Shown: positions 20,044-30,755 of the stretch, in pieces | Layout of the letters: the number at the start of each line of letters is the position of its first letter | Position numbering within the stretch: position 1 is the first letter of the stretch | NCBI GenBank assembly: GCA_028824015.1 | Contig: JAPPFC010000030.1 | Span: forward strand, 98 to 64,097 | Source of the DNA: a bacterium | GTDB taxonomy: Bacteria; Actinomycetota; Acidimicrobiia; Spongiisociales; ZC4RG35 | DNA length: 64,000 nucleotides | Direction of reading: 5' to 3' | Program-made: the position numbers and the translations under genes | The notes under the pieces: model-generated | The model's input: only the letters and a program-made list of their open reading frames with translations | Told to the model about the DNA's origin: nothing | Database searches by the model: none

Positions 20044-21263
20044 GTCTCCTGGTTCGTTCCGTCCCCCTGGAGGCAAGCAAACTCTCGCCCGAGCGGCTCC
20101 ACTCTCCATCCTTCGCCTGGATGGTCGGGGACTTCTCCCTCGAGGGATTCGGTGAGGCGTGGCGGTTCGATCCGGGCGTGGGAGAGGGACGATTCGATAG
20201 GGCGCGGGACGCATGGAGCGACTGGTTGGCCGGAACGGAGATCGCCGATCAGGTGTCCGAGGTGGGGAGCGGTCCGTTGGGATTCGCCTCCTTCACCTTC
20301 GACCCGGGGTCGCCGGGTTCGGTGGTGGTGGCGCCCGCAGTGGTGGTGGGTCGGAGGGCGGGCCGATCATGGGTCACCACCGCCGGAGATCTCGACTCCG
20401 CGCCTTCGATCGCCCAGGGCGCGCCCGGCGCCGACCCGCCGGATCGGCCCCGTTATGTGGGTCCCTCCCATCCGGACTGGGAGTGGATGGAGTCTGTGGC
20501 CCGGGCGCTGAAGCTGATCGAATCGGGCCGCCTGCAGAAGGTGGTGCTGGCCCGGGATGTCGAGGTGTGGAGCAAGTCTCCCTTCGTCGTGCATAGGCTT
20601 CTCCGGAGGCTCCATCGTTCCTTCCCGGAGTGCTTCACCTTCCTGGTGGATGGCTTGGTGGGGGCCAGTCCCGAACTTCTGCTGAAACAGTCGGGCAGAA
20701 CGGTCGAATCGGTCGCCCTGGCCGGGACCGCTCCCCGCCACCCAGACCCGGTCCGGGACGAACAACTGGCTCGCCGTCTCCTTGAATCGGATAAGGACCT
20801 CCGCGAACACGAGTTGACTGCCCGTTCGGTGGAGCAGGCTCTCGGAGAGGCGTGTGCCCGGCTGGAGCGAAGCCCCGAGCCGACTCTCCGGGAACTGGTC
20901 AACCTGCGCCACCTCTGCACTCGAATCACCGGTGTCCTGGCCGAAGGCCTGTCGAGCTTCGAAGTGGTGGACAGGCTTCATCCCACCGCGGCAGTGGGCG
21001 GTGTCCCGCGCCGAGGCGCCATGGAGGCCATCGCCGGGTTGGAGAGGATCGACCGCGGCAGGTATGCCGGTCCGGTGGGGTGGTTCGACTCGGCCGGCGA
21101 CGGAGAGTGGGCCATCGCCCTCCGCTGCGCGCAACTCAACGAAACCGGAGCGCGTCTCTATGCGGGGGCCGGAATCGTAGCCGGGTCACTGCCGGAGGAG
21201 GAGTTGGCCGAGACGGGGCTCAAACTCCGGGCGATGAGCAGCGCTCTCGACCTACGGGCCTAG
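20040..21263 (+). CDS. menF: Isochorismate synthase
   Basis: Chorismate-binding enzyme motifs (GTAPRHPD, AVGGVPR, GRYAGPVGW, AGAGIVAGS). Adjacent to menD and menC. Confidence 0.75.
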   Translation: MSLLVRSVPLEASKLSPERLHSPSFAWMVGDFSLEGFGEAWRFDPGVGEGRFDRARDAWSDWLAGTEIADQVSEVGSGPLGFASFTFDPGSPGSVVVAPAVVVGRRAGRSWVTTAGDLDSAPSIAQGAPGADPPDRPRYVGPSHPDWEWMESVARALKLIESGRLQKVVLARDVEVWSKSPFVVHRLLRRLHRSFPECFTFLVDGLVGASPELLLKQSGRTVESVALAGTAPRHPDPVRDEQLARRLLESDKDLREHELTARSVEQALGEACARLERSPEPTLRELVNLRHLCTRITGVLAEGLSSFEVVDRLHPTAAVGGVPRRGAMEAIAGLERIDRGRYAGPVGWFDSAGDGEWAIALRCAQLNETGARLYAGAGIVAGSLPEEELAETGLKLRAMSSALDLRA

Positions 21264-22984
21264 CCGAGGATCGGCGCCAGGCAGCGAGCCGCCCGGTTGG
21301 CGATTGTCTCGTGCATCCGGCGGGTTTCCTCCCGGTCGGTGCCCACCTCCACCAGCCAGATGCCTCCATCCTCCAGTCCGGTGCGAACCGCCGGGACCAG
21401 GTCCGAGGCTCGTTCGAGCTTCCGGTAGCCGAGATCGTGGAACGCCGCCAGCTTCCCGAAGTCCCGCCCGTGCGGGGTGCCGAACAACTTCTCGAAGTGA
21501 GGGAAACGGGATTGGGGCAGGAAGCTGAAGATCCCGCCGCCGTCGTTGTTGAGGACCACGAACACGCATGAGGGACGCTCATCGCCCAAAAAGCCGTTGG
21601 AATCATGGAGGAGGCCGAGGTCGCCGATCAGGCAGGTCACCCGGCCCGGCCGGGCCCAGGCGGCCCCAAGGGCGGTGGAGACCAGCCCGTCGATGCCCGA
21701 CGCACCCCGGTTCCCGATCACCGTGGCCGGTGTGAGGGACGCGAACGTGTCGACTTCCCGGATGGGCATGGAGGAACCCACCACCAGCGCGTCTACCTCC
21801 AGGGCTGCCAGGTCGCGGGCGGTTCGAGGCTCGCTGGGCGTGTCCCGACTGTCCAGGACGCGGTCGATTACCAGGCGGCAGGCGCGGTCGGCCTCCCGCC
21901 ACCTCTCCAGCCAAGACCCTCCTCTACGCTCTTCCAAGCGATCCAACATGGCTTGCGCCACATCCGAGGGTGGGGCCGCCACCATGTTGGAGAGCGACCG
22001 CTCCGGGTCGGCCCAGCCTCCCGGTGCGCCGCACGCCATCTGGGGTATCGAGGAATCGGAGAGAAGGTTGGAGAGGTTGCGGCTCAGCCCCGTCTTTCCG
22101 AAACACAGCACCAGATCGGGCCGGAGTGCGGGCGGCAACCCCTCGAGCAGGTGGTGGAATGTGGAGATGGCCGGTGGACGGCGGGCTCCCGAAAGGCCTT
22201 CTGCGATGAGCGGCCATCCCAGTCGTTCCGCAAGGGCGGCATAAGTCCCCGATCCTCCGGCGCCCTCCCCCACCACCACCAATCCCCTCCGGGCCTTCTC
22301 GACCTCAGACAGGAACGAGAGGTCGGTACCGGGGGGCCGCCGGGCCTCCAGCCATGGTTTACCTCCCGGACGGCCCTCGGTTCCCGAGGTGAAGGGTTGG
22401 GCCTTCGTGCGGCCGTCGTCGGAGACAGGAACGGTCGGCTCTCTAAAGTTCAAGTTGAGATGCACAGGCCCGGGGCGGCCTTCCCATCCCCGGGCCTCCG
22501 CCACCGCCCGAGCTGTTGAAGCTCGCCAGTAGGCGTTGGACTCCGGACGGTCCTCGGCCGGTCCCGCTTCCCAGAACCACCTCACGGCCCCTCCGAACAG
22601 CTTCAACTGGTCGATGGTCTGATTGGCGCCGGTCTCCCGCAGTTCGGGAGGCCGGTCGGCGGTGACCAGGATGAGAGGAACCCCGGCCGCGTCGGCTTCC
22701 ACCACTCCCGGGAACAGGTTGGCGACCGCGGTGCCCGAGGTTGTGATCACTGCCGTCGGAGCCCCACCGATCCGGGCGGCGCCCATCGCGAAGTAGGCCG
22801 CCGAGCGCTCATCGATGAGGACCGCAACCTCGGCTTCGGGATGTTCTTGCGCAGCCCTGGCCAGAGCAGCCGACCGGGAACCCGGTGACACCGTGAAGCG
22901 GGTCACCCCTCCTCTGACCAGTTCATCCACCACCACTTCGGCCAGCGCCACGGACGGGTTGGGGTGGGACGGTTTCACAGACAA
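21260..22984 (-). CDS. menD: 2-succinyl-5-enolpyruvyl-6-hydroxy-3-cyclohexene-1-carboxylate synthase
   Basis: 574-aa ThDP enzyme. N-terminal NPSVALAEVVVDELVRGGVTRFTVSPGSRS is typical of MenD. GDLGLLHD is the TPP-binding motif. Confidence 0.8.
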   Translation of the reverse strand: MSVKPSHPNPSVALAEVVVDELVRGGVTRFTVSPGSRSAALARAAQEHPEAEVAVLIDERSAAYFAMGAARIGGAPTAVITTSGTAVANLFPGVVEADAAGVPLILVTADRPPELRETGANQTIDQLKLFGGAVRWFWEAGPAEDRPESNAYWRASTARAVAEARGWEGRPGPVHLNLNFREPTVPVSDDGRTKAQPFTSGTEGRPGGKPWLEARRPPGTDLSFLSEVEKARRGLVVVGEGAGGSGTYAALAERLGWPLIAEGLSGARRPPAISTFHHLLEGLPPALRPDLVLCFGKTGLSRNLSNLLSDSSIPQMACGAPGGWADPERSLSNMVAAPPSDVAQAMLDRLEERRGGSWLERWREADRACRLVIDRVLDSRDTPSEPRTARDLAALEVDALVVGSSMPIREVDTFASLTPATVIGNRGASGIDGLVSTALGAAWARPGRVTCLIGDLGLLHDSNGFLGDERPSCVFVVLNNDGGGIFSFLPQSRFPHFEKLFGTPHGRDFGKLAAFHDLGYRKLERASDLVPAVRTGLEDGGIWLVEVGTDREETRRMHETIANRAARCLAPILG

Positions 22985-23967
22985 TGCAGCAGGGCGGCGG
23001 CCTCTTCGGTGCGGGAGATCATCTCACAGGCTACATCCCCGGAGGGGCGCCACCTCTCCAGCAACTCCGGTGCGGGGGTCGGCCGGCGAAGATGTATCTC
23101 TCCCCCTTCAGGGGCGAGGGGGCGGCGGACCACGTCTCCGGCCAGGAGAGAGGAGGTGGCCAGCCCGCAGGCATATGGAAGTTCCGGCAGCGCTGCCGCG
23201 GCGGCCAACCCGGCGGCGAGTCCCACCGAGGTCTCGAGCGCCGAGGAGGGGACCACGGCCAGTCCCGTCCGGGAAGCCCACTCGAGTAGCCGGGTCACCC
23301 CTCCCATCGGCTGCACTTTCATCACCAGTATGTCGGCCGCTTGGGAGGTGACGATCTGCTCCGGTGAGGCGCCGGAGCGGATCGATTCGTCGGCCGCGAT
23401 CGGAATCTCGGTCCTGCGACGCAGTTCCGCCAGTTCGGGGAGGGTGGCGCAGGGTTGCTCGACGTATTGGAGATCGAACTCCTCCAGGCGGCGCAAACGG
23501 GTCTCCGCCTCATCCACCCCCCAGGCTCCGTTGACGTCCAATCGCAGGAATCCCCTCTCCCCCAGGGCTTCGCGCACCGCAGCCACCCTGGAGAGGTCCT
23601 GGTCAAAAGCCTGGCCTGCCTCGGCCACCTTCACCTTGGCGGTGCCGCATCCCGAATCCCGCACCAGCGCTGCGGCTAGGAGGGCGGGGACGGGAGGGAC
23701 CGTGACGTTCACGGGTATCCGGTCTCGCACCGGCGTCGGAAGGCGTTCGAGGGCCGACTCGAGGGCGGAGGCCAGCCAGCGGGCAGCCACCAGGCCGCGG
23801 TATTCATCGAAGGGCGAGAACTCTCCCCATCCGCCCGGACCCCGTAGGAGGACCGCCCGACGCTCCCTGAGTCGCCGGTATCGAAGCTGCATCGGAATCA
23901 TCACCGCCCAGGCCTCCAGTCCGGCCAGGGGACCGTCCGTGAACACCCGATCCGGTGGAAGGGTCAT
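22975..23967 (-). CDS. menC: o-Succinylbenzoate synthase (enolase superfamily)
   Basis: Enolase-superfamily metal ligands (RLDVNGAW, DESI). Overlaps the menD start. Confidence 0.7.
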   Translation of the reverse strand: MTLPPDRVFTDGPLAGLEAWAVMIPMQLRYRRLRERRAVLLRGPGGWGEFSPFDEYRGLVAARWLASALESALERLPTPVRDRIPVNVTVPPVPALLAAALVRDSGCGTAKVKVAEAGQAFDQDLSRVAAVREALGERGFLRLDVNGAWGVDEAETRLRRLEEFDLQYVEQPCATLPELAELRRRTEIPIAADESIRSGASPEQIVTSQAADILVMKVQPMGGVTRLLEWASRTGLAVVPSSALETSVGLAAGLAAAAALPELPYACGLATSSLLAGDVVRRPLAPEGGEIHLRRPTPAPELLERWRPSGDVACEMISRTEEAAALLHCL

Positions 23968-24305
23968 GGTCCGGCCTGAACGTCCCGGAGGAAGGTGATC
24001 AACCGGCCTACCTGGTCTTCACTCAGGTGATCGAAAGAAGGCATCGTTCCGATTCCCCGGCGAATCGAGGTGGCCAGATAGGAATCGGGCAGGGCGGCGC
24101 TCGGAGAGCCGACGCCCAGGGGAGGGCCTACGTCTCCTTCCAGGCCGGCCCCGTGGCAGGAGGAGCACAACTGGCTGTACAGTTCCGGTCCGGTGGCGGT
24201 CTCGGGGGGCGGAGAGGAACAGGCCGCCATCAACCCGACGAGGACCGTCAGGGCGACGATCCAGCGTCTCCCGGTCCCCGCTGTCCGGTCAGAAGAGGCT
24301 CTCAA
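23964..24305 (-). CDS. Lipoprotein c-type cytochrome (single CxxCH)
   Basis: Heme motif CSSCHG. Lipobox-like VLVGLMAAC after an RR n-region. The probable TTG start at 24303-24305 overlaps the manC stop. The ORF-track start at 24461 is spurious. Confidence 0.5.
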   Translation of the reverse strand: MRASSDRTAGTGRRWIVALTVLVGLMAACSSPPPETATGPELYSQLCSSCHGAGLEGDVGPPLGVGSPSAALPDSYLATSIRRGIGTMPSFDHLSEDQVGRLITFLRDVQAGP

Positions 24306-25326
24306 GTCGCTCAATCGTCTCACCGGCTTGTTCCCACATCTCCCGGCTGGCGACCAGCACCCTTCCGTTGGCGACCGCCACCACCACGTCCGAGACTCCC
24401 ACCACTGCCGTCTTGGCGCCCCGGGCATGGACTTGCACGCCTTTGCCGGCCTCCACCACACCTGTCCCGCTCACCACATTCCCCAGGTCGTCTCGCCCCA
24501 GAGCCTCACCAAGCGCCTCCCAGGACCCGATGTCCGACCACCCGGCGTCCATCGGAACCGCCAGGATCCGCCCGGCGCGCTCCCACAGCCCCTTGGCCAC
24601 CGAGACCGACGGCGCTTCCTCGAAACGGTCCCCGAGCCTGAGGGTCCCGTCACCGGTGTCCATGGCGGTCACGAACGCCTCGGTCACCGTCCGGGCGACC
24701 CCGGGGAGCAGGCGGGCAATCACCTCCCGCAACACCGCCGCCCGGGCGAGGAACATCCCGCCGTTCCACAGGTAATGTCCCGAATCCACCATCTGCCGGG
24801 CTGTCTCGATGCCGGGCTTCTCCACGAACCGGCGGACCTGGCGTATTCCCCGGCCGGCGCCCACCTCCATGTACCCCAACCCGGGGTGGGGGTGGGAGGG
24901 TTCGATGCCGAAGATCACCAACTCTCCCCGCTCCGCCGGCGGAATTCCCTGCCGGATGGCGGCCCGGAAGGCCTCGACGTCGGTGACCAGATGGTCGGTG
25001 GGAAGTCCCAGTAGGAGATCGTCGGGATCGGCCCAGAGAGCGGCCGCCATTGCGGCCGGGGCGGTGTTCCGGCCCACCGGCTCGGTCAGCACCGCGGCCG
25101 GTGCACAGCCTATCTCCTCCAGGTGCTCGATCATCCGGGGCCCGAGGGAGTGGCTGGTGATCATCACCGGAGGGAAGGCTTCCTCCATGCCCATCACCCG
25201 TAGGGCGGCGGCTTGAAGAAGGGACTCATCGCCGGAGATCCGCAGGAGTTGCTTGGGGGACTCCGGCGTGGAGATCGGCCAAAGACGGGAGCCGACCCCT
25301 CCGGAGAGGAGCACAGGGGTGATCAT
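24289..25326 (-). CDS. manC: Mannose-1-phosphate guanylyltransferase (GDP-mannose pyrophosphorylase)
   Basis: MITPVLLSGGVGSRLWPIS nucleotidyltransferase motif. Start trimmed from 25419 to 25326. Confidence 0.75.
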   Translation of the reverse strand: MITPVLLSGGVGSRLWPISTPESPKQLLRISGDESLLQAAALRVMGMEEAFPPVMITSHSLGPRMIEHLEEIGCAPAAVLTEPVGRNTAPAAMAAALWADPDDLLLGLPTDHLVTDVEAFRAAIRQGIPPAERGELVIFGIEPSHPHPGLGYMEVGAGRGIRQVRRFVEKPGIETARQMVDSGHYLWNGGMFLARAAVLREVIARLLPGVARTVTEAFVTAMDTGDGTLRLGDRFEEAPSVSVAKGLWERAGRILAVPMDAGWSDIGSWEALGEALGRDDLGNVVSGTGVVEAGKGVQVHARGAKTAVVGVSDVVVAVANGRVLVASREMWEQAGETIERLESLF

Positions 25327-25364
25327 TGCAAGAGAGACTACCTCTGCGCCGGGTGATCGCTTTT

Positions 25365-26117
25365 CTAGAAGAACAGCATGCGTATCGCCACCCCGATCGA
25401 CGCCATGGCCAGGAGCCACCGGATCAGCCCGGCGCCCTTTTCAATGGCGAGACGGGTACCGAAGTACGCCCCCGTGGAGTTGCCGATCGCCATGACCAGG
25501 CCCACCCCCCAGTTGATCTGGTCGGCCAGGGCGAAGATCCCGACCGCCAGGACCGTATAGCAGGCGATCAGGAACATCTTGGCTGCGCTGCCCTTCACCA
25601 GGTCCAGTCCGCATCCCAGCACCAGTCCGCTGATGAGGAGGAACCCCACCCCCACCTGGATGAAACCCCCGTAGAAGCCGATGGCCAGGAAGGCCGCCGC
25701 CCTGCCCAGCCCACCCAGCCGGGGCTCCATCCGCTCCTTCAGCCAGGCCGACGGCTTCAAAAGCACCGACAGCGCCACACCGACCAGCACCACCGCGAAA
25801 GCGGTGCGCATCTGCTCGTTGGAGACCCGGGTGGCGACCCAGGCTCCCGCGCCGGTGCCGATCATCGCCGGGATGATCAGGCCGAAGGACATCTTCCAGG
25901 GAACCAACTGCTTTCGCGCGAAGTTGGCGGTACCCAGGATGTTGGCGCAGGCGATGGCCACCCGGTTGGTGGCGTTGGCGACGTTGGCCCCCAGCATGGG
26001 TTCGAGGATTATCAGGCTCACAGCCGATCCTCCCCCGGCCATGACGTTGATGAAGGCGGTTGCGAAGCCCGCCAGCACCAGCAAAACTCCGGTGAGCAGG
26101 TCCAACTCAACGGTCAT
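25365..26117 (-). CDS. TSUP-family (TauE/SafE) sulfite/anion exporter
   Basis: 250-aa 7-8 TM protein with the duplicated 4-TM pattern of TauE/SafE. Confidence 0.7.
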   Translation of the reverse strand: MTVELDLLTGVLLVLAGFATAFINVMAGGGSAVSLIILEPMLGANVANATNRVAIACANILGTANFARKQLVPWKMSFGLIIPAMIGTGAGAWVATRVSNEQMRTAFAVVLVGVALSVLLKPSAWLKERMEPRLGGLGRAAAFLAIGFYGGFIQVGVGFLLISGLVLGCGLDLVKGSAAKMFLIACYTVLAVGIFALADQINWGVGLVMAIGNSTGAYFGTRLAIEKGAGLIRWLLAMASIGVAIRMLFF

Positions 26118-26139
26118 TTATGCGGACCTGCAGGACATA

Positions 26140-26940
26140 CAAGGAGGGATGTTAGGTGCGGTGGGTACCATCTCGAAGCGAGAGGAGACAGTACGACTCG
26201 GTTACCCGCCCGGGCTCGGGCTTGATGAAAGAACCGGCGCGCAATTCGGTGACAGGAGGAACGGCGTGAACATCGACCGTGTGGAAGAGGCTCTGTCTGC
26301 GTCGGAGCGGGCCGTGGCGGAAGGTAGGGGGCTGGCGGGCACCGGGTTTTGGAAGGCGGTTGGCACCGTCAAGCGCAATCCCGACCTGATCAATCGATAC
26401 GCCTCCCGGATCGCCGAGATCGATCGCCGGGCCTTCCTCGGATGGGCCGTCTTCTCGGTGGGCGCCGGCGTCGGCACCGCACTGATGGCGCTGGCCACCC
26501 TGGCGGGCGCGGTTCTGGTGGTCTGGTCCTACGGCCTTCCCGATCCCTGGAACGGGTTGGTGATGCTGGGGGGCGGAGGCGGGGTGCTGGTGACCACCAC
26601 CCACGGCCTCGGCCACCTGGCGGTGGGACGGTTGGCGGGCATCCGGTTCACTCATTGGTTCGTCGGGTCGCTGAGCAGGCCCCAGCCCGGGGTCAAAGTG
26701 GACTACGACACCTATCTGCGGGCCGGTCCCCGTTCCCGGGCCTGGATGCACGCCTCCGGGGCGCTTGTCACCAAAGCGGTTCCCTTCGTGCTGCTGGGAC
26801 TGGCTCTGGCCGCCGACTTTCCCTCATGGGTCGCTTGGCTCCTGGCGGCCCAGGGGGTGTTGCAGGTCATCACCGACGCGCTGTGGTCGGTGAAACTTTC
26901 GGACTGGAAGAAGTTCCGCCGGGAGATGTCCTACCGCTGA
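26140..26940 (+). CDS. Hypothetical integral membrane protein
   Basis: ATG at 26140 preceded by AAGGAGG. Several TM helices. Start trimmed from the track's 25681. Its start lies 22 bp from the divergent TauE start. Confidence 0.5.
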   Translation, partial: QGGMLGAVGTISKREETVRLGYPPGLGLDERTGAQFGDRRNGVNIDRVEEALSASERAVAEGRGLAGTGFWKAVGTVKRNPDLINRYASRIAEIDRRAFLGWAVFSVGAGVGTALMALATLAGAVLVVWSYGLPDPWNGLVMLGGGGGVLVTTTHGLGHLAVGRLAGIRFTHWFVGSLSRPQPGVKVDYDTYLRAGPRSRAWMHASGALVTKAVPFVLLGLALAADFPSWVAWLLAAQGVLQVITDALWSVKLSDWKKFRREMSYR

Positions 26941-27070
26941 AGCCTTGCGGCCTCGGACGCGGCGGCTCTTCTAATGCTGGAGCAATCCCGAACTGGAGGA
27001 CAACAGGGGTTGCTTGCGCTCCTGCGGGTCGACTGCCGCAGCGCCGAACGACCGCCTGGACAGGCGGGTC

Positions 27071-27586
27071 CTACCCCTCAATACGCCGGTAGGTGGTGCC
27101 CAGGGTCAGGTACTCCTCCACTCCCAAATCCGCCCGCTCGATCTCCTGGGGCCGGAGTTCCCGGACGGGGCGGGCGGGAGTCCCGACCGCGATCGTCCAG
27201 GGCGGTATCTCTTTTCCCTCCGGCAGCACGGAACCGGCCGCCAGCCAGGACCCCTCCCCCATGACCGCTCCGTTCAGAGCGATGGCGCCCATTCCCACCA
27301 GGCAGCGATCTCCGATCACCGCCCCGTGAATAACCGCCGAATGGCCGATGCTGATTCGACGCCCCAGGACCGTGGGAAATCCCCGGTCGGTGTGGAGGAC
27401 GGAATTGTCCTGGATATTGGTCTCCGCCCCCACCACGATCCGCTCCGTTTCCGCCCGGATCACCACGCCGAACATCACCACCGCTTGGGCCTCCACGACC
27501 ACGTCGCCGAATATCCGGGCCGTGGAGGCCACGAAGGCGCTGCGATGGATGACGGGAGCGGCCAGTCGGCGCGGAACACGGTCCAT
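27071..27586 (-). CDS. Gamma-class carbonic anhydrase family (hexapeptide-repeat) protein
   Basis: Left-handed beta-helix hexapeptide repeats and a HTD-type motif (NSVLHTD). 172 aa after trimming. 7 nt downstream of the gcvP stop. Confidence 0.7.
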   Translation of the reverse strand: MDRVPRRLAAPVIHRSAFVASTARIFGDVVVEAQAVVMFGVVIRAETERIVVGAETNIQDNSVLHTDRGFPTVLGRRISIGHSAVIHGAVIGDRCLVGMGAIALNGAVMGEGSWLAAGSVLPEGKEIPPWTIAVGTPARPVRELRPQEIERADLGVEEYLTLGTTYRRIEG

Positions 27587-27593
27587 TATGCGG

Positions 27594-30455
27594 TCACTCC
27601 TCCATGTAGGACTCGATGGGAGGACAGGAGCACTGGAGGTTGCGATCACCCTCCACCGAGTCCACCCGGCCCACGGGCGACCAGTACTTGTCATGGGACT
27701 GGCCCGATCCCGGATAGGCGGCCACGGAACGGGGGTAGGAGCGATTCCACTGGTCGGCGGTCACAATCCGGGAGGTGTGGGGGGCGTGGTGCAGAGGGTT
27801 GTCATCCCGAGGCCACTCCCCCGTCTCTATCCGCCGGATCTCCTCCCGGATGGAGTGCATCGCGTCACAGAACCGGTCCAGCTCGGCCAGCGGTTCGGAC
27901 TCGGTCGGCTCGATCATGAGGGTGCCGGGCACGGGAAAGCTGAGCGTCGGGGCGTGGAATCCGTAGTCCGTCAGCCGCTTGGCCACGTCCTCGGCGCTCA
28001 CTCCGGCCGAGTCTCCGAACTCTCTCAGGTCGATTATCACCTCGTGCGCAACTCTGCCTTGGTCTCCTACGTAAAGTACTCGGTAGTCTCTGGAAAGCCG
28101 GGCTGTCAGGTAGTTGGCCGCCAGGATGGCAATTTCAGACGCCCGCTTCAGGCCGTCTCCACCCATCATTCTCATGTACATCCAAGGGATTGGGAGAATG
28201 CCCGCCGATCCCCAGGGAGCCGCAGAGATGGGACCGATCCCGGTAGAGGGGCCCGCATCGGGCTGAAGGGGATGGTTGGGGAGGTACGGCGCCAGGTGGG
28301 CGCCTACAGCCACCGGCCCGACCCCCGGTCCCCCTCCCCCGTGAGGGATGGTAAAGGTCTTGTGGAGGTTGAGATGTGAGACGTCAGCCCCGAACCTTCC
28401 CGGTTGGGCAAGACCCACCAGCGCGTTGAGATTGGCTCCGTCCACATACACCTGTCCCCCGGCGCCGTGGACCATCTCGCAGACCTGGGCGACGCTCTCC
28501 TCGAACACTCCGTGGGTGGACGGATAGGTGATCATGATGGCGGCCAGTTGTTCCCCGTGGCGGACCAACTTCTCTTTCAGATCCACCAGGTCGATGTTCC
28601 CCTGGTCGTCGCAGTTGACCACCACAATGCGCATGCCGGCCATCGCCGCCGAGGCGGCGTTGGTCCCGTGAGCGGAGGAGGGAATGAGACAGACCCGACG
28701 ATGGTCTTCCCCCCGGTCCAGGTGATAGGCGCGTATCGCCGCCAATCCGGCCAATTCCCCCTGGGAGCCGGCGTTGGGCTGCAGAGACACCGCCGCGTAC
28801 CCCGTGATCTCGGTCAGCCAGTCCTCGAGGTCCCCGAAGAGTTGGAGATACCCCTGCGCCTGGTCGATGGGGACGAACGGATGGATGTCGGAGAACTCCG
28901 GCCAGGTGACCGGGATCATCGACGACGCCGGGTTGAGTTTCATGGTGCATGACCCCAGGGGGATCATGGTGCGATCCAGGGCGAGGTCCCGGTCGGAGAG
29001 ACGCCGTATGTAGCGGAGCATCTCGTGCTCGGAGTGGTAGGTGTTGAAGACCGGGTGGGTCATGAAATCGCTCTGCCGGGACAGTCGCCGGGGGAAGGCA
29101 TGCTCGGTGCCTTCGGTGGGAAGGGTTGCGGCGAAGGCCGAGAGAGCCCGGGATGCTATCTCCTCGTCGGTTGTCTCGTCCAGGGAGATGCCCACCGTCT
29201 CCCGGTCGATGCGTCTCAGGTTGATCCCGGCCGAAAGCGCCCTGTCCATAACGAGGTCAGCCGCTCTCCCGGCTCTGATCGAAAGCGTGTCGAACCATGC
29301 GGAGTTCTCCACTCCCCACCCGGCAGAACGGAGACCCGCCGCCACCCGGGAGGTGAGTCCGTTGATCCTCTGCGCGATGGCGGTGAGTCCCTTCGGACCG
29401 TGCCAGGCGCCGTAGAAGGAAGCTATCACCGCCAAGAGAACCTGTGCGGTGCAGATGTTGGAGGTGGCGCGTTGGCGACGGATGTGCTGTTCGCGGGTTT
29501 GGAGCGCAAGACGTAGGGCGGGGTCCCCGTTCGCGTCCTTCGACATTCCCGCCAACCGGCCGGGCAGCGAGCGGACGTGCCGCTCCAGGGTGGCGATGAA
29601 ACCGGCGTGGGGACCGCCGAACATCATCGGAACTCCGAACCGCTGCGACGATCCCACCGCGATGTCCGCCCCCCACTCCCCCGGCGGGGACAGCAGGGTG
29701 AGAGCCATGAGGTCGGTGGCGACCACAACCACCATTCCCGCAGCCTTTGCCTCTTCCACGGTGGCGATCAGGTCCCGTATCTCGCCGCTGGCCCCCGGGT
29801 ACTGCAACAGCAACCCGAAAGACTCTCCGTCGAGGAAGTCCATATCGTCGGGGTGGGCCACCGCCACATCGATGTCCATCCAGCGGGCCCGGGCCTGGAT
29901 CACATCGATGGTCTGGGGGAACGCATCGACGTCCACCCAGAAACGCACGGCGCGGCGGCGCCGGGAGATCCGGCGGGCCATGGTCATGGCCTCGGCGGCG
30001 GCGGTACCCTCGTCGAGCAGGGAGGCGTTGGAGATCTCCATTCCGGTCAGGTCGGAGACCATGGTCTGGAAGTTGAGCAGCGCTTCCAGGCGACCCTGGG
30101 AGATCTCCGGCTGGTAGGGGGTGTAGGCGGTGTACCAGGCGGGATTCTCCAGCACCGTCCGGAGGATCACCGAGGGGACATGAACGTTGTAATAGCCCAT
30201 TCCGATGAGGGAGGTCATCGCCCGATTGCGGGAGGCGATCTCCCCCAGGCTGCGAAGGGCGCCCGGCTCACTGAGGGCGGTTGGCAGATCCAGCGAATCA
30301 CGCATCCGGATGGAGGAGGGAACCGTCTGGTTCATCAACTGGTCGATTGAATCGGCGCCCACCCTCTCCAGCATCGCCGCGATGTCATCGGGGCGGAGAC
30401 CGATGTGCCGGGAGGAGAAGTCGAGAATCTGGCGGGAGGTCATTGGGATCTCCAT
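27594..30455 (-). CDS. gcvP: Glycine dehydrogenase (decarboxylating), glycine cleavage system P protein
   Basis: 953 aa. Two PLP-dependent halves. GSCTMKLNP region. Preceded by a tandem glycine riboswitch. Confidence 0.95.
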   Translation of the reverse strand: MEIPMTSRQILDFSSRHIGLRPDDIAAMLERVGADSIDQLMNQTVPSSIRMRDSLDLPTALSEPGALRSLGEIASRNRAMTSLIGMGYYNVHVPSVILRTVLENPAWYTAYTPYQPEISQGRLEALLNFQTMVSDLTGMEISNASLLDEGTAAAEAMTMARRISRRRRAVRFWVDVDAFPQTIDVIQARARWMDIDVAVAHPDDMDFLDGESFGLLLQYPGASGEIRDLIATVEEAKAAGMVVVVATDLMALTLLSPPGEWGADIAVGSSQRFGVPMMFGGPHAGFIATLERHVRSLPGRLAGMSKDANGDPALRLALQTREQHIRRQRATSNICTAQVLLAVIASFYGAWHGPKGLTAIAQRINGLTSRVAAGLRSAGWGVENSAWFDTLSIRAGRAADLVMDRALSAGINLRRIDRETVGISLDETTDEEIASRALSAFAATLPTEGTEHAFPRRLSRQSDFMTHPVFNTYHSEHEMLRYIRRLSDRDLALDRTMIPLGSCTMKLNPASSMIPVTWPEFSDIHPFVPIDQAQGYLQLFGDLEDWLTEITGYAAVSLQPNAGSQGELAGLAAIRAYHLDRGEDHRRVCLIPSSAHGTNAASAAMAGMRIVVVNCDDQGNIDLVDLKEKLVRHGEQLAAIMITYPSTHGVFEESVAQVCEMVHGAGGQVYVDGANLNALVGLAQPGRFGADVSHLNLHKTFTIPHGGGGPGVGPVAVGAHLAPYLPNHPLQPDAGPSTGIGPISAAPWGSAGILPIPWMYMRMMGGDGLKRASEIAILAANYLTARLSRDYRVLYVGDQGRVAHEVIIDLREFGDSAGVSAEDVAKRLTDYGFHAPTLSFPVPGTLMIEPTESEPLAELDRFCDAMHSIREEIRRIETGEWPRDDNPLHHAPHTSRIVTADQWNRSYPRSVAAYPGSGQSHDKYWSPVGRVDSVEGDRNLQCSCPPIESYMEE

Positions 30456-30464
30456 TGGGACGCG

Positions 30465-30655
30465 GTCGGATTCCTCCTCCCCGCTGTCCCGGTTGCCTGA
30501 GAGTTTCGCTCCGTTGGGCGGAGGTTGCTCCTTCGGCGGCGGCCCTGGTCCGCCCTCTTCAGCTCTGCCTATTCGACGCGGTCCCTTTTGCCTGAGAGAT
30601 TCTTGGGAGGTGCTTGCCCCTTCGGCGTCTCGACCAACGAGACTCTCCCGCGTCG
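30465..30655 (-). ncRNA. Tandem glycine riboswitch (two aptamers) in the gcvP leader
   Basis: The reverse complement reads CGGGAGAGUCUCGUUGGUCGAGACGCCGAAGGGGCAAGCACCUCCC...CUCUCAGGCAAAAGGGACCG, then GCAGAGCUGAAGAGGGCGGACC...CCGAAGGAGCAACCUCCGCCC...CUCUCAGGCAACCGGGACAG. These are the conserved GGAGAG / ACCGAAGGGGCAA / CUCUCAGGCAA-AGGACAG elements, present twice. Confidence 0.8.
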
Positions 30656-30755
30656 TTTCACTGGCTTAACACATTGTAAGACGCCTGGCGCCCGAACAGG
30701 GCGTCGGGCCGGTGGGAATCACGTCCGGACGGCGATTCTCCGGTTAACCTCACCG

